This document shows positions 12,359 through 21,716 of a DNA stretch of 64,000 nt, one piece after another. How positions within the stretch are numbered: position 1 is the first letter of the stretch; every line of letters starts with the position of its first letter. Source of the stretch: Armatimonadota bacterium (GTDB lineage: Bacteria > Armatimonadota > Hebobacteria > CAIYQO01); contig JBBRXO010000003.1 in assembly GCA_038248345.1 (NCBI GenBank), forward strand, positions 1-64,000, read 5' to 3'. The position numbers were made by a program, and so were the translations under genes. Under the pieces are notes generated by a model. It did no database searches and was not told the DNA's origin. It saw only the letters and a program-made list of their open reading frames with translations.

Positions 12359-15300
12359 GTAAGATAATCGCCGCCTCCGCAATTAGAGGCGCTCATAAAA
12401 TTGTCAATGACGCAGAAGCTATGGTTCGCAAGGCCATAGCAGAAAAGGGCGCTGACTGCGAGGTTGGATTCCCTGATACTACCTATTATCTACCGGTTAT
12501 TTATTCTTTACTCGGTAAAAAAGTAGAGAAACTGGCTGACATGGAAGATATCCTGGCGGAATGTCGCAATCTGTTGCCACCCATACCGCGCGACGGCATC
12601 TGGCTCCCGTATCTGGGCGGTACGCTTGACTCCGGCATGGCTACACTATTTGCCTTTGAGCTGATCGAGGCGTGCAAATACCTTATCGGTCCCAATCCGG
12701 TGAACGGCATATGGCTAGGAGCCGCGGGCGATGTCATCATCCGTGAGCGCGGTATTGAGTTCGTCGATGGCTCCGCCCCTGGCTTTGCCGCCGTGGTAGG
12801 AGCGGCACCCGATAAAGAGACCGCCGTGAAGATAGCCCATGAGCTGCAGGAGAAGAACCTCTATATCTTCCTGGCGGGCAATACCAATGGCGTCTCCTTC
12901 GCAGAGCAACTGGAAGAAGCGGGCGTGGAACTGGGCTGGGATACGCGCCTGGTGCCCTTTGGCAAAGATATATCCTCCGCTGTTTACGCGCTGGGGTTTG
13001 CCAATCGTGCAGCGCTCTCCTTCGGCGGTGTTAAGCCGGGTGACTATGCGGCAAACTTGAAGTACAACAAAAACCGCATCTTCGCTTTTGTTATGGCTCT
13101 CGGTGAAGTGACAGATGAAGACTATGCGGCGGCTGCTGGAGCTATCTCCTACGGTTTCCCCACCATCGCCGATACTGACATACCGGAGATTTTGCCCACG
13201 GGAATCTGCACGTACGAGCATGTGGTGGCAAATATCCCCCATGACCGTATTGTGGAGAAATGCCTGGAAGTGCGTGGCTGTAAGATCAAAATCACCAAAG
13301 TACCCATCCCGGTATCATATGGCGCGGCTTTCGAAGGTGAGCGTATCCGCAAGGAGCAGACCTTTGTAGAATTCGGCGGCAACAAGACGCACGGGTTTGA
13401 GTATGTAACCACTAAAGAAATAGCGGATGTAGAGGACGGCAAGATGACCGTCATCGGCCCTGATGTAGATGATGTGGAGGCAGGCAGCGCTCTGCCGCTA
13501 GCCATCTGGGTTGAGGTCGCCGGACGCAAAATGCAGCCGGACTTTGAGCCGATCCTGGAACGTCAGATACATCACCTCATCAACGGTGCCGAAGGCATCT
13601 GGCATATGGGACAACGCGACATCATCTGGATGCGCATCAGCAAAGCCGCCAAGGAAAAAGGCTTCAGCATCAAACATTTCGGTGAGATCATTCACGCGAA
13701 GTTGCTCAATGAGTACCCGGCCATCGTGGACAAAGTGCAGGTAACGCTGGTTACCGATAAGGACGAAGTAGAGCGACGGTTGGACATTGCGCGGCGCAGC
13801 TATCGCGAACGCAACCTGCGCGTAGAGTCGATGACTGACGAGAGCGTTGACACCTTCTATTCATGTCTGCTCTGCCAGAGTTTCGCCCCCAACCATGTCT
13901 GCGTCATCACGCCGGAGCGACTGGGTCTCTGCGGCGCTTACAACTGGTTAGACGGCAAGGCCGCCTATGAGATTGACCCCACCGGCCCCAATCAGCCGCT
14001 CATCAAAGGTGAATGTATCGATCCGGTGCGCGGGCAGTGGAAAGATATCAACGAGTACGTCTACTCTAACTCTAAGCAGACCATTGAGCGTTTTAACGCT
14101 TATTCAATGCTGGAAGACCCGATGACCAGTTGTGGCTGTTTTGAGGCTATCGTCGCCATGCTGCCGGAGTGCAATGGGGTGATGATCGTCAACCGTGAGT
14201 TCCCCGGCGATACTCCGGCGGGAATGCGATTCTCTACACTGGCGGGGAGTACGGGGGGCGGGCAGCAGACTCCCGGTTTCATCGGCGTCGGCAAAGCCTA
14301 TATTGTCAGTAAGAAATTCATCTCGGCGGAAGGCGGGCATAAGCGCATCGTCTGGATGCCGCGTGAGCTGAAAGAAGCGCTGAAAGAAGACCTGGAGTTG
14401 ATCGGCAAACGTCTCGGTATTGAGAACTATTGTGATCTTATCGCAGATGAGACCGTCGGGTCAGATACCGCCTCTGTCAACGCCTATATGCAGAAGGTCA
14501 ATCACCCGGCGCTGACCATGTGGGATGTAACCACCCCTTCACCGGAATGCGCTGCCATTGACGCTGCGCGCGGCGTTGTAGCTGCTACCGCTCCAATTGA
14601 GGCGGATGCTCCGGTGGTAACAGCAAATGTAGAAAAAGCAGCAGCGCCAGTCGTTGCCGTGGCACCGACAGCAGTTGCTGTGGCCGCCCCGGCGCCAGTG
14701 GTAGCTGCAAATCAAGTAGATGGTCTGTCCTATGTCATATCAGTACTTGATAAAGTGCGTGCCACGGGCGTTGCACCGGTTGCTGGTACCAATATGGATC
14801 AGCAGATGGCCGCCTTGCAGATGTCCACCGCGGTGAATCTGCTGACAGCTGGCGCCAATATGCTGCTAATGTACAGTGGCGCACTCGGCCAGGTACCGGT
14901 GGCTCCTGTTGCGTTGCCTATTGCTCACACGGCAGTAACGGAAGTAGATGTGGCAGTGGCTCCGACGGTTCACCCGATAGCTGCCACATGGGATACCCCG
15001 ATACTGGTTAAAGAGAAACTGGTTACCTCGGCGAAAATTGCCGTCCCCGCTACCTTTAAGATACCGGGCGAAAGCGCTAGCTTGTCAGTTCGTGAGGTCA
15101 CCCTTGGTGGTAGTGGTACGCGCACCTCGTCGCTCACCCTCGGTGGAGCCAGCGTATTGCCCTTCCGCCATTACGAGGGTAACATTGGGCGCACTCCGGC
15201 AATTGCTATGGAGGTATTTGACCGTCTGCCACGCAACTACCCACAGTCATTGCGGGACGCCTACGGAGATATGCTCACCGATGCGCCGAAGATGGCGAAG

Positions 15301-16008
15301 TACTGCGTCGAGGAGCTAGGCGCGCAGGCAATCAGCATTCGTTTGGACAGCACCCACCCGGACAATGAGGACACCTCTCCGGCGGCCGCGTGCGACTTTG
15401 TACAGGGCGTGCTTAGTGCCGTCGGTGTGCCGATTATTGTCACCGGCCCCAGCCATTACGAGAAGAACAATGCCGTGATGAAACAGGTAGCAAGCACCTT
15501 CACTGGCGAGAACTTGCTGCTGAACTGGGTGGAGACGGATAACTACAAAACCATCGCCGCCGCCGCCATGGCATATAACCATTGTATTGTGACGCAGACC
15601 CCGATTGACGTGAATATGGCTAAACAGTTGAATATTCTCGTCACTAATATGGGGCTAGCTCCCGAAAAAATCATCATCGACGCGCTGACCGGCGCGCTGG
15701 GGTACGGTCTGGAGTACACTTACTCGGTGATGGAGCGTATCCGTAGCTCGGTCTTCACCGGAGACAGTATGCTGGCATTGCCGATGTTAGGCACGCCCGG
15801 CTACGAGATCGCCAAAACAAAAGAAAGCAAAGCGCCGCAAAGCTCCTTCAAAAATTGGGGCCCAGAGAGCGAGCGGGGCGCATTACTGGAGATCGCAACT
15901 GCGATGAGTTTGCTCAATGCTGGCGCTGATCTGCTGGTGATGTATCACCCCATCGCGGCAACAACCGTGAAGAAAAAAATTGCCGAGATGACTCGGTTAG
16001 AGGACTAA
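12355..16008 (+). CDS. acsB: Acetyl-CoA synthase (AcsB) fused to the corrinoid Fe-S protein small subunit (AcsD)
   Basis: A-cluster motifs FYSCLLCQSFAPNHVC, RLGLCG and DPMTSCGCFE. After a linker (~14520-15060) the ORF continues into an AcsD barrel (VREVTLG, GGASVLPF, TPIDVNMAKQLN, ALGYGLEY, GADLLVMYHP). Overlaps the cooS stop (ATGA). Confidence 0.93.
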   Translation: MSKIIAASAIRGAHKIVNDAEAMVRKAIAEKGADCEVGFPDTTYYLPVIYSLLGKKVEKLADMEDILAECRNLLPPIPRDGIWLPYLGGTLDSGMATLFAFELIEACKYLIGPNPVNGIWLGAAGDVIIRERGIEFVDGSAPGFAAVVGAAPDKETAVKIAHELQEKNLYIFLAGNTNGVSFAEQLEEAGVELGWDTRLVPFGKDISSAVYALGFANRAALSFGGVKPGDYAANLKYNKNRIFAFVMALGEVTDEDYAAAAGAISYGFPTIADTDIPEILPTGICTYEHVVANIPHDRIVEKCLEVRGCKIKITKVPIPVSYGAAFEGERIRKEQTFVEFGGNKTHGFEYVTTKEIADVEDGKMTVIGPDVDDVEAGSALPLAIWVEVAGRKMQPDFEPILERQIHHLINGAEGIWHMGQRDIIWMRISKAAKEKGFSIKHFGEIIHAKLLNEYPAIVDKVQVTLVTDKDEVERRLDIARRSYRERNLRVESMTDESVDTFYSCLLCQSFAPNHVCVITPERLGLCGAYNWLDGKAAYEIDPTGPNQPLIKGECIDPVRGQWKDINEYVYSNSKQTIERFNAYSMLEDPMTSCGCFEAIVAMLPECNGVMIVNREFPGDTPAGMRFSTLAGSTGGGQQTPGFIGVGKAYIVSKKFISAEGGHKRIVWMPRELKEALKEDLELIGKRLGIENYCDLIADETVGSDTASVNAYMQKVNHPALTMWDVTTPSPECAAIDAARGVVAATAPIEADAPVVTANVEKAAAPVVAVAPTAVAVAAPAPVVAANQVDGLSYVISVLDKVRATGVAPVAGTNMDQQMAALQMSTAVNLLTAGANMLLMYSGALGQVPVAPVALPIAHTAVTEVDVAVAPTVHPIAATWDTPILVKEKLVTSAKIAVPATFKIPGESASLSVREVTLGGSGTRTSSLTLGGASVLPFRHYEGNIGRTPAIAMEVFDRLPRNYPQSLRDAYGDMLTDAPKMAKYCVEELGAQAISIRLDSTHPDNEDTSPAAACDFVQGVLSAVGVPIIVTGPSHYEKNNAVMKQVASTFTGENLLLNWVETDNYKTIAAAAMAYNHCIVTQTPIDVNMAKQLNILVTNMGLAPEKIIIDALTGALGYGLEYTYSVMERIRSSVFTGDSMLALPMLGTPGYEIAKTKESKAPQSSFKNWGPESERGALLEIATAMSLLNAGADLLVMYHPIAATTVKKKIAEMTRLED

Positions 16009-16021
16009 AGGGAGCACGAAG

Positions 16022-17365
16022 ATGGCATTAACTGGTCTGGATATCTTTAAAATATTGCCCAAAACCAACTGTACTGAATGTGGCGTGCCCACTTGTATGG
16101 CATTTGCCATGAAGTTGGCCGCCAAAAGTGTCGAGCTCTCCGCTTGTCCGTATGCCTCGGAAGAGGCAAAGACAAAGATCGGCGCGGCGAGTAAGCCCCC
16201 GATCAGGTTGGTCAAACTCGGGCCAACTGATCGTGAGGTGTTACTGGGGAACGAAACCGTGATGTTTCGTCACGAGAAGACCTTCGTTCATCCCCCAGCC
16301 TTCGCAGTAGCCTTCTCCGATGAGCAATCAGCGGGCGACCTGGCGCATCTCACCGCTACTGTGCGTGAATATTGCCTGGAGCGCGTGGGTGAGGAGCTTA
16401 CTCTCGATCTGGTACTGATTGAAAACACCAGCGAAGAGGTAGAGCCGTTCATAGCCGCTATCCGCGCAGTGGCGGCCAGCGCCGGACGCGGGGTGATCCT
16501 GAAGAGTAGCAACGTGGCGGCTCTGGAAGCTGGTGCGCAATTGCTGGAAGGTCAGCGTCCCTTATTACATGCGGCGACCACCGAAAATGTGGATGCCGTG
16601 GCAGCTATTGCGCTGAAATACAAATGCGCGGTGGTAGCGCAGGCCGCGACGCTGGATGAACTGGCGGCGCTGACAAAGAAGCTGGCCGCGCTGGGTGTGC
16701 AAGATATCGTGCTCGATATCCCGGCGGATAATATCGCGGCTACGCTGCAGAATAATACCCTTGCGCGTAAGGCGGCATTGAAGACCGCTTTTGAACCGAT
16801 GGGCTACCCGGTCATCAACTTCGTTGTAGAGGAAGACCTGCCCAGTCTGGTGGCAGATGCTTCGACTTTGATCTGTAAATACGCGTCGATCCTGGTGATA
16901 GATACACTTTCCTATCAGGCGCTATTGCCGTTGATGATGTTACGGCAGAATATCTATACCGACCCGCAGAAACCGATCCAAGTAGAGCCGAAGATCTACC
17001 CCATCGGGGAGCCGGATGATAATTCACCGGTACTGGTTACTACCAACTTCTCGCTGACATACTTCATCGTTTCGGGAGAGATTGAGAACTCAGGTATATC
17101 CGCGCACCTCGTTATTGTCGAATGCGAAGGGATGAGCGTGCTTACCGCCTGGGCAGCCGGGAAGTTCTCCGGCGAGAAGATCGCGCAGTTCATCAAATCC
17201 TCCGGCCTGGAACAGCAGGTTAAAACCCGCCGCCTCATCATCCCCGGCTATGTCGCGCAGATCAGCGGCGACCTGGAAGAGGGGCTGAAAGGCTGGGAGA
17301 TAGTCGTCGGACCGCAAGAAGCATCCGACCTGGGGCCGTTTATGAAGCTACAGGTGGGTAAGTAA
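16022..17365 (+). CDS. acsC: Corrinoid Fe-S protein large subunit
   Basis: PKTNCTECGVPTCMAFA [4Fe-4S] motif, ETVMFRHEK, LRQNIYTDPQKP, TTNFSLTY, SVLTAWAAGKF. Confidence 0.96.
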   Translation: MALTGLDIFKILPKTNCTECGVPTCMAFAMKLAAKSVELSACPYASEEAKTKIGAASKPPIRLVKLGPTDREVLLGNETVMFRHEKTFVHPPAFAVAFSDEQSAGDLAHLTATVREYCLERVGEELTLDLVLIENTSEEVEPFIAAIRAVAASAGRGVILKSSNVAALEAGAQLLEGQRPLLHAATTENVDAVAAIALKYKCAVVAQAATLDELAALTKKLAALGVQDIVLDIPADNIAATLQNNTLARKAALKTAFEPMGYPVINFVVEEDLPSLVADASTLICKYASILVIDTLSYQALLPLMMLRQNIYTDPQKPIQVEPKIYPIGEPDDNSPVLVTTNFSLTYFIVSGEIENSGISAHLVIVECEGMSVLTAWAAGKFSGEKIAQFIKSSGLEQQVKTRRLIIPGYVAQISGDLEEGLKGWEIVVGPQEASDLGPFMKLQVGK

Positions 17366-17414
17366 ACCCAGCGGCCACCTCCAGGCCTTTGAGCTAGAAA
17401 CTAGGAGCAAAAAT

Positions 17415-19337
17415 ATGCCTATAGTTCGCTTTCTACCCGGCAATACCACTGTAGAAGTCCCCGTTGGCACTCTCATTCATGAGGCGGCTATCAAGGCGGG
17501 GATAGAAGAGTTACATCTTCCATGTGGTGGTAAAGGTACATGCGGGCGGTGCCTGGTGGAGATCGTTGAGGGCACGACAGATGGGGTGGGACACTCGCAT
17601 TTGGCCGATGCTTTGGCTGGCGGGCGGCTAGTGATGGCGTGCCAGACGAAGGTGCGCGAGGATATAACCGTTGGCATACGCCCCAAGCATGATGACACTA
17701 TGCGGGTGGTGGGTGACAGTCATTTGCTCATCGGCGATGACCTGTTGCCGGATATTGATGATCTCTCACCGCTCTACCGCTTTGTGCAATTGACGGTACC
17801 CGAGGCATCAATTGAAGAGCATTATAGTGACTGGCAACGCATCGTACGGCTGTTAGGCGACTGGGATCGCACATTGCCAACTTGCCCCCTGAACGTTACA
17901 ACCGATATTACAGTATTACGTCAGCTAGCCGAGGTATTGCGAGCACAGGATGGCCGTGTGACAGTGACTATCCGCGAGGAAGATGCCGGTATACACGTTC
18001 TAGCGGTGGAAGCCGGGCATGTGGAAAAGAAAGCCTATGGGCTGGCAATCGACATCGGCACAACCACCGTGGCAGTGCAACTGGTTGACCTGGTTGCGGG
18101 CCGTGTAATAGCGAGTCGTACTTCTTATAACGCACAGATTCGCCGTGGTGGTGATATCATCAGTCGTATCGACTACGCTCGCACACCAGAGCGGCAAGAG
18201 GAATTACGTGGGCTGGTGCTGGAGACATTGCGTGAATTGATCGCAGATACTCTCGCCTGTACGCGTACTGATTCGCAAGCGGTGTATGCAGCTTTCATCG
18301 CTGGCAACACTACCATGATCCACCTGCTACTCGCCCTGCCTCCGCGATACATTCGCGAGTCACCATACGTACCCACCGTCAACACCGTGCCAACGCTTAC
18401 CGCCGCCGAAGTGGGACTACCGATCAACCCTACCGCAATAGTATCCTGCGCGCCGGGGGTGGGTAGTTATGTGGGCGGCGATATTACTGCTGGATTGCTC
18501 TGCACCGAGTTGACGACTAACAGCGAAGAGGTGTTTCTCTTTTTGGATATCGGCACCAATGGTGAGATTGTGCTGGGTAATGCCGATTGGTTGGTCACCT
18601 GCGCCTGCTCTGCCGGGCCAGCTTTTGAAGGTTCTGGTATCAAGTGCGGTATGCGCGCAACTGACGGCGCTATTGAATACTTCGCTATAGCACCTGGAAT
18701 GCAGGAGATTAGCTACGATGTTATCGGTAATGGTAAACCAGCGGGTATCTGCGGTTCTGGCCTGATTTCGCTACTGGGCGAGTTACTATTGCGCGGTGTG
18801 GTTGACCAAATGGGGCGTTTCAATATGGAGCTGCCCACCGACAGGCTTATAAAAACACCTAACGGTAATGCCTTCGTGCTGGAGTTTGCCGCTGAGACGC
18901 AAGCTGGTGCTGACCTTTTCATTACCGAGGCAGATATTGAAAACCTGATGCGCACGAAAGCGGCGATTTATGCTGCTTGCGCGCTCATACTCGATAATGT
19001 CGGATTGGCTTGGAGCGCAATATCGCATGTCTATATCGCAGGTGGTTTTGGGCGCTATATCCAGATAGATGACGCTATCATGATCGGGCTGTTGCCTGAC
19101 TTGGAGGCCGAACGCTTCCATTATATCGGCAACTCCGCCCTCACTGGCGCTTATATCGCTTTGTTGACCGCCAAGGGCCGGCAGCAACTAGCCACCACCG
19201 CTGCGCGCATGACCTACATCGATTTAAGTAGCGATCATCGCTACATGGACAGCTACCTAGGCGCACTCTTCCTGCCACATACAGATATGACGCAATTCCC
19301 CACCGTGGCGGAGAAGATGATGGCGGCGCGGGCATAA
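17415..19337 (+). CDS. acsV: ATP-dependent reductive activator of corrinoid protein (RACo/AcsV; 2Fe-2S plus ASKHA ATPase)
   Basis: CGGKGTCGRC, DIGTTT, YVGGD, DIGTNGE, SAGPAFEG, GICGSG and AGGFG motifs. Confidence 0.93.
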   Translation: MPIVRFLPGNTTVEVPVGTLIHEAAIKAGIEELHLPCGGKGTCGRCLVEIVEGTTDGVGHSHLADALAGGRLVMACQTKVREDITVGIRPKHDDTMRVVGDSHLLIGDDLLPDIDDLSPLYRFVQLTVPEASIEEHYSDWQRIVRLLGDWDRTLPTCPLNVTTDITVLRQLAEVLRAQDGRVTVTIREEDAGIHVLAVEAGHVEKKAYGLAIDIGTTTVAVQLVDLVAGRVIASRTSYNAQIRRGGDIISRIDYARTPERQEELRGLVLETLRELIADTLACTRTDSQAVYAAFIAGNTTMIHLLLALPPRYIRESPYVPTVNTVPTLTAAEVGLPINPTAIVSCAPGVGSYVGGDITAGLLCTELTTNSEEVFLFLDIGTNGEIVLGNADWLVTCACSAGPAFEGSGIKCGMRATDGAIEYFAIAPGMQEISYDVIGNGKPAGICGSGLISLLGELLLRGVVDQMGRFNMELPTDRLIKTPNGNAFVLEFAAETQAGADLFITEADIENLMRTKAAIYAACALILDNVGLAWSAISHVYIAGGFGRYIQIDDAIMIGLLPDLEAERFHYIGNSALTGAYIALLTAKGRQQLATTAARMTYIDLSSDHRYMDSYLGALFLPHTDMTQFPTVAEKMMAARA

Positions 19338-19358
19338 TATTTTGATTGTCGAGATGAC

Positions 19359-19449
19359 TGTAGGGGCACAAGGCTTGTGCCCAAGTCTTAACCATACGAT
19401 TTGTATAATAGAAAACTCGGAAAGAGGGCACATGCCATGTGCCCCTACA
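19359..19449. repeat. GTAG-type REP doublet (REPIN)
   Basis: GTAGGGGCACAAGGCTTGTGCCC (19360-19382) and inverted partner GGGCACATGCCATGTGCCCCTAC (19426-19448); each unit is internally palindromic. Confidence 0.8.
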
Positions 19450-19477
19450 ATATTTAACGGATACAGGAGGACTAATT

Positions 19478-20374
19478 ATGAAATCACTTCTCGAACGCCT
19501 TGCCGCCGGTGAGATCCTTATCTCAGACGGGGCCATGGGCACTTTCCTTCAGGCGAAGGGCCTGCAACCCGGCGAATCTCCTGAGGCGTGGTGTTGCTCG
19601 CATCCGGACGCTGTGAAGAGTATTGCCGAGGCTTACATTGCTGCTGGCTCGGATATTGTTGAGACCGATTCCTTCGGCGGCACTACTTTCAAGCAGCGCG
19701 AATTCGGTCTGGCAGATAAGGTTGATGAGTTCAACACTGCCTCTGCCAAGCTAGCCAAAGAAGCCATGGGCGACAAAGGCTATGTGGCGGCATCGGTAGG
19801 CCCCACCGGGCAAATTGTCGAGGATGAGGGCGGCGATGTCACCGAAGAAGAGCTTTATGAAGCCTTCAAACAGCAAGTAATCGCGCTGGCCGCTGGCGGT
19901 GCCGATGCGGTCTGTATTGAAACCATGTCATCCGTTACTGAGGCAGTGCAAGCCATCAAAGCCAGCAAAGATAACACTGACCTGCTGGTGATTGCTACCT
20001 TCACCTTCGAGCCAGGTGCGCACGGCTTCCGCACAATGATGGGCGTCACCCCTTCGCGCGCCGCCGGGGAATCGGTGGCCGCCGGCGCCGACATCATTGG
20101 CGCTAATTGTGGCAATGGCATCGCTAATATGATTGAGATCACCCGCGAATTGCGCGCCGCCGCCCCTAATACCCCGATCCTTATCCACGCGAACGCTGGT
20201 ATGCCGGTATTTGAAGACGGCAATACCGTATTCAAAGAGACTCCTGCCGACATGGCAGCCCGCGTAAAGGAATTGGTCGAAGCTGGAGCCAATATAATTG
20301 GTGGTTGCTGTGGCACCACGCCTGCGCATATAGCAGCGATGGCAGAAGTGGCACGGGGATGTGGAAAAAGCTAA
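19478..20374 (+). CDS. Stand-alone homocysteine S-methyltransferase domain protein (MetH N-terminal-like)
   Basis: DGAMGT, SVGPTG, IETMS, GANCG, ANAG and GGCCGTTPAHI motifs; RBS AGGAGG; no pterin or cobalamin domain. Confidence 0.9.
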   Translation: MKSLLERLAAGEILISDGAMGTFLQAKGLQPGESPEAWCCSHPDAVKSIAEAYIAAGSDIVETDSFGGTTFKQREFGLADKVDEFNTASAKLAKEAMGDKGYVAASVGPTGQIVEDEGGDVTEEELYEAFKQQVIALAAGGADAVCIETMSSVTEAVQAIKASKDNTDLLVIATFTFEPGAHGFRTMMGVTPSRAAGESVAAGADIIGANCGNGIANMIEITRELRAAAPNTPILIHANAGMPVFEDGNTVFKETPADMAARVKELVEAGANIIGGCCGTTPAHIAAMAEVARGCGKS

Positions 20375-20409
20375 TCCAGTAAATACCGCCATAGCGTTTT
20401 AGCTACGAG

Positions 20410-20446
20410 AATGCCCGGCGAAGAGGCTTCGCCGGGCATTGTTTTT
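20410..20446. terminator. Terminator between the convergent acs cluster and rplY
   Basis: 14-bp perfect stem AATGCCCGGCGAAG/CTTCGCCGGGCATT followed by GTTTTT. Confidence 0.85.
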
Positions 20447-20454
20447 GCTTGAAA

Positions 20455-21051
20455 TTAAGCAACCGTTTCTTCAGGAGCTGCTTCCGCAACCACGCGCAGT
20501 GGCTGACGGATATGTGCTACGCACTCGGTGGGGTTGTCGAGTAACTCACAACCTTTAGGAAGTTCGATAGCACCGGCTTCCAGGATATCGCCGATCATCA
20601 TCGCGGAGATGTCGTGCTTCACATTGTCAGGCACGGTGCCGGCGGCACTGCGTATATGCAACGTGTGCATGCTAATATCCAGCATGCCGCCCATTGCGAC
20701 GCCGGCGGCTTCGCCTTCCAGCACCACAGTTACAGTCACTTGCAGTTTTTCTTTCAAGGAGATGCGTTGCAAGTCGAGGTGCAGGGGAATCTGTTTGATC
20801 GCTTCGCGCTGCACGGATTTAACCAGTGCCAGTCCGCTGTCTTTACCGTCAATCAACAGATTAACCAGCTGTGAGCCGGAACTGCTTTCATGCAGCATGA
20901 CGCTCAACTGTCGCAGTTCCAGCACCAGTGATACCGGATCGCCATGTCCGTAAACTGATGCGGGTATGAGACCCTGATGGCGCAATTGGCGCGACGAGTT
21001 TGTGCCAGTGCCTGTGCGAGATGAACAGGTTAGCGTAGGATACATAGTCAT
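20455..21051 (-). CDS. rplY: 50S ribosomal protein L25/Ctc
   Basis: SRQLRHQGLIPASVYG, KSVQRE...HLDLQRI, GEAAGVAMGG; two-domain Ctc length. Confidence 0.9.
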   Translation of the reverse strand: MTMYPTLTCSSRTGTGTNSSRQLRHQGLIPASVYGHGDPVSLVLELRQLSVMLHESSSGSQLVNLLIDGKDSGLALVKSVQREAIKQIPLHLDLQRISLKEKLQVTVTVVLEGEAAGVAMGGMLDISMHTLHIRSAAGTVPDNVKHDISAMMIGDILEAGAIELPKGCELLDNPTECVAHIRQPLRVVAEAAPEETVA

Positions 21052-21242
21052 TTTAAGCTTCCTCTCTGATACACAGATGGTTGGAGGCTACCAAGGAGAC
21101 TGTTTAGTGACTCGCGAGTCATCCAACAGCTCTACGGGAAGTCATTACCAAAAATGGTCAATATAATGATAACAGTATTCGTGATTACTGTCCAATTTTG
21201 GCGTAACACCGCCCGGAGATTAGTATTAATGCTGCTAGACGA

Positions 21243-21326
21243 CTAGGCAGTTCCGCTGTTTGGAGCCTTGGAAACCTTCACTTTTTTAGGTTTCTTGGTA
21301 TCTTTTTTCGGAGATTTATCTCCCAT
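21243..21326 (-). CDS. Small Lys-rich peptide, 27 aa (MGDKSPKKDTKKPKKVKVSKAPNSGTA)
   Basis: Clean ORF below the track cutoff; AAAGGA RBS 8 nt upstream of the ATG; strongly basic. Confidence 0.55.
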   Translation of the reverse strand: MGDKSPKKDTKKPKKVKVSKAPNSGTA

Positions 21327-21716
21327 AGCGTACATCCTTTCCGATATCGAATATCCGATCTCTAAGATTACTCACACTAACAGGAATACCGGCCAGTGTC
21401 AAATAGTAGTAGGTATAATTTTTCCCATTGTTTGTCTGATTATCATGACACAACGAAAAAATGTATCGATTTTAGAAAGCCGACGATAAAACTCGCCTGC
21501 TACTGGTTGGCTTTTCTGATATAAAAGCCTGGTAAAGTGGATAACCAGGATATCGCTGACAATGCAACAATGCTTTAAAAAACAGTACCAGTAGGTTGAT
21601 ACTAGCAGGATACAGCTCCGGTACGATTTCACTCCCGTGAAATATCTCACAATGTGGCGAAAGCGATGATTTAAGTAAATAATAGTAGGTTGTTTGCTTA
21701 CTAATAATTGCTACTT

